In this document: piece by piece, positions 57,123 to 64,000 of the stretch
Numbering within the stretch: position 1 is the stretch's first letter
How the letters are laid out: each line of letters begins with the position of its first letter
NCBI GenBank assembly: GCA_964544275.1
Contig: CAZIZX010000002.1
Span: forward strand, 96,100-160,099
Reading direction: 5' to 3'
Source of the DNA: an uncultured Gammaproteobacteria bacterium
GTDB lineage: Bacteria > Patescibacteriota > Microgenomatia > UBA12405
Length of the DNA stretch: 64,000 nt
Notes under the pieces: model-generated
The model's database searches: none
The model's input: only the letters and a program-made list of their open reading frames with translations
What the model was told of the DNA's origin: nothing
Program-made: the position numbers and the translations under genes

Positions 57123-58256
57123 CTAGACGTTGGAGAGGCAGTAGTAGGCCCCTTTGGTGGAGCCGCGTTTTTCGACAACTTTGTCATCGATGAGTTTCTT
57201 GAGGTCACGCCAAATAGTATCGTCAGAAACCATGGGGAGAAGTTGTTGGGCGTCGGGCATGCGAAGACCGCCAAATTGCTGCATGTATTCGACTAATTTG
57301 ATCTGGCGTTCGGAAAGATGGATTTGTTTACCACCCAGCTTTTGTTTGAATTTAATATCACGGGAAAGACTTTGAACTTTTTCTTTGACCCGAGTCAGTT
57401 CGATGGACAGGGCCTGGGTAAAATATTCAATCCAAGCGGTCATGTCTCTTTTGAAAATATCGGAAGAAGAATTGTGGGTTTGCTGGATGGTGTTGTAATA
57501 GCTTTCAGCATTTCGGTCAAAATATTCTTCGAGGGAGAAAAGACGGCGGATGTCGTAACCTTCGACAAAGAGGGGCAACATGGCAAAAGCCCGGGAACAA
57601 CGGCCATTACCTTCGATAAAAGGATGAATGGCGACCAGGACATATTGAGTGATAGCTGATCGGATAGACGGATGAACATCGCGAGAGGAGGGATGGTTGA
57701 GCCAGTCAAGAAAATCAACTATCAGGTATGGAACTTCGATGGCAGGTGGTGGACGATGGGCGATTTCGCCGGTACGGGTGTTTTTGAGGACCACTTGTTG
57801 ATGACGGTATTTACCAACTTCCGAGTCAGGGATAACTTTGGTGGTGGTCAATTCGTGGATTCTTTTGATAATTATTTGGCTGTAGAAAAATGGTCTTTTT
57901 TCATTTTCGTCATTAGCAGGAACAGTTTTTTCTTCGGGCAGGGGCATGTTGGCATCGTAGAGCGACCAGAGCTCCTCGAGGTAGTTCATAACGTTTCTAT
58001 AGTTAATTACCTCCTGAATATCCCGGTCGGTAGCAGTAATTTTTTGACCCTCAACCACTCGGGCGACTTCCTGAAAAGTGAGATCGTTGCCTTCGATTCG
58101 GGTACCAAAATGAACAGTCCGAACGATAGCTTCCTGCTGAAATTGTTTTTCGTAGGCCGGTATAAGTGGGGCTTCGTCAATGATCGCCTTGGCTCCTTCA
58201 ATGGTGGCTATGTTTTTTAGAATCTGATTATTGATGGTAAACAAAGGCGAAAACAT
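57123..58256 (-). CDS. Fic family protein with C-terminal wHTH
   Basis: HPFIEGNGRCSR; inhibitory-helix-like TRIEGN; DeoR-like HTH. Confidence 0.9.
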   Translation of the reverse strand: MFSPLFTINNQILKNIATIEGAKAIIDEAPLIPAYEKQFQQEAIVRTVHFGTRIEGNDLTFQEVARVVEGQKITATDRDIQEVINYRNVMNYLEELWSLYDANMPLPEEKTVPANDENEKRPFFYSQIIIKRIHELTTTKVIPDSEVGKYRHQQVVLKNTRTGEIAHRPPPAIEVPYLIVDFLDWLNHPSSRDVHPSIRSAITQYVLVAIHPFIEGNGRCSRAFAMLPLFVEGYDIRRLFSLEEYFDRNAESYYNTIQQTHNSSSDIFKRDMTAWIEYFTQALSIELTRVKEKVQSLSRDIKFKQKLGGKQIHLSERQIKLVEYMQQFGGLRMPDAQQLLPMVSDDTIWRDLKKLIDDKVVEKRGSTKGAYYCLSNV

Positions 58257-58325
58257 TTGATTGATTATATCATTTTTATTAACATTTGTGAGGTGAAAAT
58301 GCGGTTATTTGAAAATACAATTTTT

Positions 58326-58973
58326 TCAGGAAAGAAAATAGTAGTCAAGAGCAGATTTGGGGTCAACGTTGTGCTTGATCATGGAGATGGCCTTGATGAT
58401 CTTGTTGATGTGTCCGGCTTTGATAGGTGTGGGGTGGTTTAATAGCTGCTGTTTTTGGAGTAATAGCTGTTCTTCCAGGATTGACAAGATTTGGTTTTTG
58501 TTTTGGGCAATCTTTTCTGAGGAAAGAAGGTTGGTTTGGATGTTGTGGCTGATTGAAAGGAGGTCGGTTTTTGGGACTTGGTTTGAGCTGGCGGCCTTTA
58601 TAATGTGAACCCGGGAAATAATGGTGGGCAGAAGGGCAGATGAGTTGGGAGCGGTCAGGATTAAGTAATTATCTTTACCGGGTTCTTCCAGAGTTTTTAG
58701 TAATGCATTTTGGGATTCTAAATTAAGCTGTTGAGCGTCGGAAATAATTACGATTTTGTTTTGGTGGCAAAACGGCTTTTGGGACAAAAAGTTTTTGATT
58801 TTTCGGATGACATCGATCCCCCAGCCTGAGTTCTGGTCGATATTGAGAATATCAGGGTTGTTGGGTGTGGGCAGGTTTTCTAAGGACAGGCAGATCAGGC
58901 TGATCTGTTTTCGGATAACAGAAAAGTTATTTGAGACGATGAGAGTGCTTTGGAAGTTACCGACTGTTGTCAA
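58326..58973 (-). CDS. holB: DNA polymerase III delta-prime-like protein (short)
   Basis: GID.IR, QNALLKTLEEP, LLPTIISR; probable TTG start at 58973. Confidence 0.75.
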   Translation of the reverse strand: MTTVGNFQSTLIVSNNFSVIRKQISLICLSLENLPTPNNPDILNIDQNSGWGIDVIRKIKNFLSQKPFCHQNKIVIISDAQQLNLESQNALLKTLEEPGKDNYLILTAPNSSALLPTIISRVHIIKAASSNQVPKTDLLSISHNIQTNLLSSEKIAQNKNQILSILEEQLLLQKQQLLNHPTPIKAGHINKIIKAISMIKHNVDPKSALDYYFLS

Positions 58974-59004
58974 GCTTATTAGAAAACTGTAATATGTTGT
59001 TATT

Positions 59005-60744
59005 ATGAATGATACTGCCCAAAAAAGGTACAAGAACTTAACGGAGGTGTTGAAGGGCAAAGGTTTGATAGACGAAGAAAAGGCCAAGGAGATCCATTTA
59101 AGGCAGTTGAAGACGGGTGAAACGGAAGAAGAAATCATTAAGTCTTTGAGAGTAGTTACCGACGGAGAGTTTGTCCAAGCAAAGGCAGATTTACTGCGGA
59201 TCCCTTATGTTGATCTGGAGGCAATCGGGTTCTCGCCTGAAGCTTTGGCACTGGTTCCGGAAGGTGTAGCCACAAAATACAAGGTTTTTCCTTATAAACT
59301 GGATGCAAAGACGAAGACTATTTATGTGGCTATGGCTAATCCGTTGGATTTGGAGACGGTAGAATTTATCGAGAAAAAAACCAGTCTTAAGGTAGCGACC
59401 GCGATTTCGACAGAAAAACAGATAATGTCGTTTATTCGGGAGAAATATGAAAGAGAAAAAGGAATAACTTCTGAGGTGACCAAGGCTTTGGACGAGCAAA
59501 AGAAAGAAGAAAAGATAATCAAGGAAACTCAAAGAAAAGTTTCTTCAGAGGCACCAGTGGCCAAAATTGTAGAAACGATATTGGAATACGCAGTCAAATC
59601 CAGAGCTTCCGATGTCCATATCGAGCCGCAGGAGGACAATGTCCGGGTAAGGTACCGGATTGACGGAATATTGCAGGAAAAATATTTATTACCTCGTAAT
59701 GTCCAAGAGGCGGTGGTGTCGAGAATCAAGATTTTGGCCGATTTGAAAATTGATGAAAAAAGAGTACCTCAGGATGGCAGGTTTTTCTTCTCATCAGACG
59801 GCAACGATGTTGATTTGCGTATTTCTACTTTGCCGGCAACTTATGGTGAAAAGGTGGTAATGCGGTTGCTGAAGAAGTCACAGAAGGTACCAACCTTACC
59901 GGAGTTGGGATTGAGAGGTCTGGCTTTGAAAAATTTATCAAATAGTATTTTGAGGCCGCATGGAATTATTATTGTCTGCGGGCCGACCGGTTCAGGTAAG
60001 ACGACTACTTTATATTCGATATTGGACATCGTATCGACAACCAAGGTGAACGTGGTGACGATTGAGGATCCGGTAGAGTACCAAATGAAAGGGGTAAACC
60101 AGGTCCAGGTCAATGTCCAGGCCGGTTTAAGTTTCGCTTCGGCTTTGAGGTCTTTTTTGAGGCAGGATCCGGATGTTATTATGGTGGGCGAGGTTCGGGA
60201 TGCGGAGACAGCCGAGTTAGCAGTAAATGCCGCCTTGACCGGCCACTTAGTTTTCTCTACCTTGCACACGAACGATGCTGCCGGTGTGCCACCGAGACTG
60301 TTGGATATGGGGGTGGAGCCTTTTTTGCTGGTTTCCTCGTTAAACTGCGTGGTGGGACAGAGGGTATTGCGTCGGGTATGTCCCAATTGTGTTTCTCAGG
60401 AGGAAGCGTCGGCCGATGTTGAGGCAGAGATGAAGGTAACTTTGGGCCCGATTTACGACATGATTGAAGACAAATGGAAAAAGGAGGGCAAAAAAATCTT
60501 GTTGCCCAAGGTTGTGGGTTGTGAAAAGTGTAATAACTCAGGTTATTTTGGCAGGATTGCTATTTACGAAGTTATGCCGGTGACGGAAAAAATTAGTAAA
60601 CTGATAATTGAGAAAGCAGCAGCATCAGCGGTACAGAGGTTGGCTATGGAGGAAGGGATGCTGACAATGAAACAAGACGGATACGTTAAAGTATTAGAGG
60701 GGGTGACGACGATGGAGGAAGTCGTTCGGGTAGCCCAATATTAA
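59005..60744 (+). CDS. pilB: Type IV pilus assembly ATPase
   Basis: ASDVHIEP, PQDGR, GPTGSGKTT, LRQDPD, STLHTND, tetra-Cys. Confidence 0.93.
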   Translation: MNDTAQKRYKNLTEVLKGKGLIDEEKAKEIHLRQLKTGETEEEIIKSLRVVTDGEFVQAKADLLRIPYVDLEAIGFSPEALALVPEGVATKYKVFPYKLDAKTKTIYVAMANPLDLETVEFIEKKTSLKVATAISTEKQIMSFIREKYEREKGITSEVTKALDEQKKEEKIIKETQRKVSSEAPVAKIVETILEYAVKSRASDVHIEPQEDNVRVRYRIDGILQEKYLLPRNVQEAVVSRIKILADLKIDEKRVPQDGRFFFSSDGNDVDLRISTLPATYGEKVVMRLLKKSQKVPTLPELGLRGLALKNLSNSILRPHGIIIVCGPTGSGKTTTLYSILDIVSTTKVNVVTIEDPVEYQMKGVNQVQVNVQAGLSFASALRSFLRQDPDVIMVGEVRDAETAELAVNAALTGHLVFSTLHTNDAAGVPPRLLDMGVEPFLLVSSLNCVVGQRVLRRVCPNCVSQEEASADVEAEMKVTLGPIYDMIEDKWKKEGKKILLPKVVGCEKCNNSGYFGRIAIYEVMPVTEKISKLIIEKAAASAVQRLAMEEGMLTMKQDGYVKVLEGVTTMEEVVRVAQY

Positions 60745-60753
60745 TTAAAATAT

Positions 60754-61827
60754 ATGAACACAAAAATAAGAGAACTGATCAAACTGGCAGTAGCAAACAA
60801 GGCGTCGGATATTCATCTGACTGGCGGCGATGTTCCAAAAATCAGGGTTAACGGGGAATTAAAGGAAGTGCCGAGTTTTGGTGTGGCGGGTAATGCCCAG
60901 GAAATGGAAGGAATGATTTTCTCGATGTTGTCGCAGGAACAGAAAAATAAAGTGATTGAGGAGAGAGAGTTTGATTTGTCGGTGGCAGTGGAAGAGACAA
61001 GGTTGAGGGCTAATGTTTATTATCAGATGGGAAAGCTGTCATGTGCATTGAGGTTGGTGGCGGGAGAAATCCCAAGTTTTGAGCAATTGAATCTGCCCAA
61101 GAATTTCGTTTCGTTTGCCAGTTTGAAACAGGGATTTGTTCTGGTTACCGGTCCGACCGGGCACGGGAAATCTACTACCGTGGCTTCGATGTTGAATGAA
61201 ATAAATAATACCCGAAACTGTCATCTGGTGACGATAGAAGACCCGATTGAATACGTGATCAAACCGAAAAAAGCCCTGATCTCTCAAAGAGAGTTGGGTT
61301 CGGACACATTATCGTTTGATATGTCTTTGAGGTCTTGTTTGAGGCAGGATCCAAATGTGGTATTTGTAGGTGAGATGAGAGACCTGGAGACAATTTCGTC
61401 GGCTTTGACGGTGGCAGAGACGGGCCATTTAGTCTTCTCTACCTTGCACACCAATTCTGCTGCCCAGACTATTGACAGGATTATTGATGTGTTTCCCGAC
61501 GGTGTCAAAGGTCAAGTGAGAGTGCAGTTGGCTTCGGTGATTACGGCAGTTATTTCACAAAGATTATTACCTCGATTAAGTGGCGGGTTAATACCGGCAT
61601 TTGAAATGATGTTTGCCAGTGGTGCGGTTAAAAATGCTATTAGAGAGGGAAAAACCCACATGCTGGACAACATAATTCAAACCAGCGCTGATGTGGGGAT
61701 GATGAATCTGGAGACTTATCTGGCGACTTTGGTGAAACAGGGCGAGGTGAGCGAGGAGGTGGCAATGGATTATTGTTTGCGGCCGTCAGAATTACAAAGT
61801 AAGTTAAGAAGTGTAAGGATAAAATGA
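60754..61827 (+). CDS. pilT: Type IV pilus retraction ATPase
   Basis: GPTGHGKST, EDPIE, GEMRD, AETGH, NAIREGK. Confidence 0.93.
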   Translation: MNTKIRELIKLAVANKASDIHLTGGDVPKIRVNGELKEVPSFGVAGNAQEMEGMIFSMLSQEQKNKVIEEREFDLSVAVEETRLRANVYYQMGKLSCALRLVAGEIPSFEQLNLPKNFVSFASLKQGFVLVTGPTGHGKSTTVASMLNEINNTRNCHLVTIEDPIEYVIKPKKALISQRELGSDTLSFDMSLRSCLRQDPNVVFVGEMRDLETISSALTVAETGHLVFSTLHTNSAAQTIDRIIDVFPDGVKGQVRVQLASVITAVISQRLLPRLSGGLIPAFEMMFASGAVKNAIREGKTHMLDNIIQTSADVGMMNLETYLATLVKQGEVSEEVAMDYCLRPSELQSKLRSVRIK

Positions 61828-63038
61828 CAAAATATTCTTTTCGGGCAAAAGACTGGAATGGTAAAACTGTAAAGGGCGTGCTGGATGTGACCAGCAAAAA
61901 GGATGTTTTGGAGTCGGTCAAAAGCAGTGGTCTGGTGCCTTTGTTTGTGGCGGAGAAGAAAACAGGATTTTTGGACGAGATGAACAAGAAGGTCCTGGGA
62001 AAAGCGAACCTGAAGAGGATTACAGGGTTTACGAGGCAGTTGTCAACGATGATGACGGCCGGATTGCCCTTAACCGATGCGTTGTCGATGTTGAAAAACC
62101 AGATGGAGGAGAGCAGTCAGTTGTATGAGATTGTCGACGATGCTCTAAATACGGTTCGGGGTGGACATTCGTTGGGAAGCGCTCTGGAGAGATACCGGGG
62201 AGTATTCGGGGAGGCTTATGTGGCATCAATTAATGCCGGTGAAGAAGGAGGGGTGTTGGAGGAGGTATTGGCCAAGCTGGCGGTTGGACTGGAAAATGAG
62301 AGCGAGTTTCAGGGAAAGGTGAAAGGGGCGATGGTTTATCCGGCAATTGTGGTGACGGGAATGATTGCGGTGGCGATTTTGATGATGGTAGTGGTAATTC
62401 CGAAGTTGATGAGTCTGTACGATGATTTTGGGACGGCGGAGTTGCCGACGGCAACGAGAGTCCTGATGTCGATTTCCGGTGCCGCAGCCAAATTCTGGTT
62501 TTTGATTCCACTGGGGTTTTTTGGGGTGTTTTCGGCTCTGAGAACGGCCTATCAAAATAAAGAAATGAAGTTAAAACTGGACGGTTATAAGTTCAAGATC
62601 CCGATTGTTGGTGATTTGATTCGGAAAACGGTAATGGCCAATACTTCCAGGACCCTGTCGATGTTGTTGTCGGCTGGTATTTCTTTGGTTGAGGCGTTGA
62701 GGATAGTTTCCAATGTAGCTGGCAATGAGTTGTATTACAGGGCTTACAACAGAATCGCCGAAAGAGTCCAAAAAGGCTTTGGGATTGCTAACTCATTTGA
62801 TGAAGCGGGTGTTTTTCCTCCGATAGTTAATCAGATGGTGGAAACGGGTGAAGCCACCGGTAAACTGGACGAAGTGCTGATGAGGGTTTCGGATTATTTT
62901 TCGACGGAAGCGGAGCAGTCGGTAAAAGCGTTGACTTCGGCTATGGAACCTTTGATTATGATTGTTTTGGGTATCGGGGTGGCTTTTTTGGTAATTGCGG
63001 TGATAATGCCGATTTATAACTTGACATCGTCATTTTAG
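61824..63038 (+). CDS. pilC: Type IV pilus platform protein (GspF family)
   Basis: FTRQL..M..AG, GEEGG.L, YP, GE.TG.LD, EP. Confidence 0.93.
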   Translation: MTKYSFRAKDWNGKTVKGVLDVTSKKDVLESVKSSGLVPLFVAEKKTGFLDEMNKKVLGKANLKRITGFTRQLSTMMTAGLPLTDALSMLKNQMEESSQLYEIVDDALNTVRGGHSLGSALERYRGVFGEAYVASINAGEEGGVLEEVLAKLAVGLENESEFQGKVKGAMVYPAIVVTGMIAVAILMMVVVIPKLMSLYDDFGTAELPTATRVLMSISGAAAKFWFLIPLGFFGVFSALRTAYQNKEMKLKLDGYKFKIPIVGDLIRKTVMANTSRTLSMLLSAGISLVEALRIVSNVAGNELYYRAYNRIAERVQKGFGIANSFDEAGVFPPIVNQMVETGEATGKLDEVLMRVSDYFSTEAEQSVKALTSAMEPLIMIVLGIGVAFLVIAVIMPIYNLTSSF

Positions 63039-63084
63039 TAGTCAATAATGATTGTTAACAAGCAATTAATTGTTAAATAAATAG

Positions 63085-63774
63085 ATGAAAAGAAAATTAA
63101 GATATACACAGGGCTTTACCCTGGTGGAGTTGTTAATTGTTATCGCACTGATCGCTATTTTGGCGGTAGGTATCTTGGCAACCATCAACCCGGTGGAACA
63201 GAGGAATAAAGCGAGTGATTCGAACACGTTGAATGATGCAGGTGAAGTGTTGAACGCTTATGAGAGGTATTATGCTAATACGAATTATTATCCGTGGATG
63301 ATTATTGATAATACCTATTTGACTGATACGGCCTATGGTACAGTGAGTAACAGAATTGGTGGAGGACTTTGTGGTACGAATACAGCAACTACTAATTCGC
63401 AGACAACTTGTTCAGGTTATGATTATCAGGGAGGGTTAATTGCAACCGATGAGTTGAAAGCTTCGTTTTTAAATAAGGGCTATACGTATAATGAAGGTTC
63501 TGTACCGGCAGGTACTACTTATAACTTGTTGAACATGTTGTTTGTCTTCAAGACTGGGGCTGAGCAGAATAACTCGATATATGTGTGTCATGTACCTAAA
63601 GCCAAGGCTAACAGGACTAGTGCTAACAGGTTGAAGGTGATTACGTTTGATGTAAATGGTACTCCAAGTGATCTTTCAGACGCGCCGGCTAGTGCTTTTG
63701 ATGCCAGTGGGAATCCAGTTTCCACCTACACTTTTCAAGATGTAGCCACGTCGCTATTTAAATGTGTGCCTTAG
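63085..63774 (+). CDS. Type IV pilin
   Basis: RYTQG|FTLVELLIVIALIAILA. Confidence 0.92.
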   Translation: MKRKLRYTQGFTLVELLIVIALIAILAVGILATINPVEQRNKASDSNTLNDAGEVLNAYERYYANTNYYPWMIIDNTYLTDTAYGTVSNRIGGGLCGTNTATTNSQTTCSGYDYQGGLIATDELKASFLNKGYTYNEGSVPAGTTYNLLNMLFVFKTGAEQNNSIYVCHVPKAKANRTSANRLKVITFDVNGTPSDLSDAPASAFDASGNPVSTYTFQDVATSLFKCVP

Positions 63775-63795
63775 GGTTTTTAAGTAAGGCTGATT

Positions 63796-63824
63796 AAAAC
63801 CCCGGTCGTGAGATCGGGGTTTTT
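63796..63824 (+). terminator. Terminator after the pilin gene
   Basis: AAAACCCCGGTC/GATCGGGGTTTT. Confidence 0.85.
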
Positions 63825-63861
63825 GGTTGGAATAGAGGTTCCTTTACAGTAGAATGAAGGC

Positions 63862-64000
63862 ATGGATTTGATTGTTAGTTTTTTTATTTTTGCCTTAGGT
63901 TTGTGTTTTGGGTCATTTATTAACATGTTGGTATATCGGACGGCAGTTAACTACGAACTGAGGAGTAAGTTAAAAGTTGACAATGACAAGTACAGTTTTT
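63862..64000 (+). CDS. pilD: Prepilin peptidase, 5' part (runs off the window)
   Basis: MDLIVSFFIFALGLCFGSFINMLVYR. Confidence 0.85.
   Translation, partial: MDLIVSFFIFALGLCFGSFINMLVYRTAVNYELRSKLKVDNDKYSF

Noticed and set aside
58974-59138. N-terminal extension of holB
   Set aside because: Overlaps pilB on the opposite strand; the conserved region begins after 58973
1-64000. Alternative genetic code (TGA=Gly)
   Set aside because: Conserved genes are full-length under code 11 and TGA ends genes at expected positions (ligA, dprA)

Overview
Chromosomal segment of a reduced-genome Patescibacteria (CPR) bacterium, probably of the Microgenomates group. This is inferred from gene content, streamlined operons and the truncated RF1 and EF-Ts; the standard code 11 is used. 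Most of the window is housekeeping: translation (rpmB, fmt, def, rpsB, tsf, frr, rpsU, cysS, rpsF, rpsR, prfA, rpmE, hisS, pth, 3 tRNAs), replication and repair (topA, dprA, dnaX, recR, ssb, dnaB, xer, gyrAB, ligA, holB), envelope (mreB, PBP2, O-antigen ligase-like, proteases, lgt/lspA) and a type IV pilus operon. No CRISPR array, IS element or prophage is visible. Three items stand out. (1) A five-gene enzyme-free cohesin-dockerin surface cluster (18336-23467) with an LPXTG-anchored cohesin, an adaptor, and dockerin-tagged Cys-rich or FN3 proteins. (2) Two tandem ~570-bp units upstream of rpsB (13641-14800) that share a structured leader (hairpin, identical boxA-like 17-mer, long hairpin) ahead of unannotated basic microproteins (4-Cys and AT-hook-like). 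(3) A 6S-like structured RNA at 116-269. Also seen: pervasive leaderless genes, a PRTase-like gene frameshifted at a G5A5 tract, an RnlA-like HEPN gene, and repeated motifs flanking the xer gene. All family calls are by eye from motifs; no searches were run.
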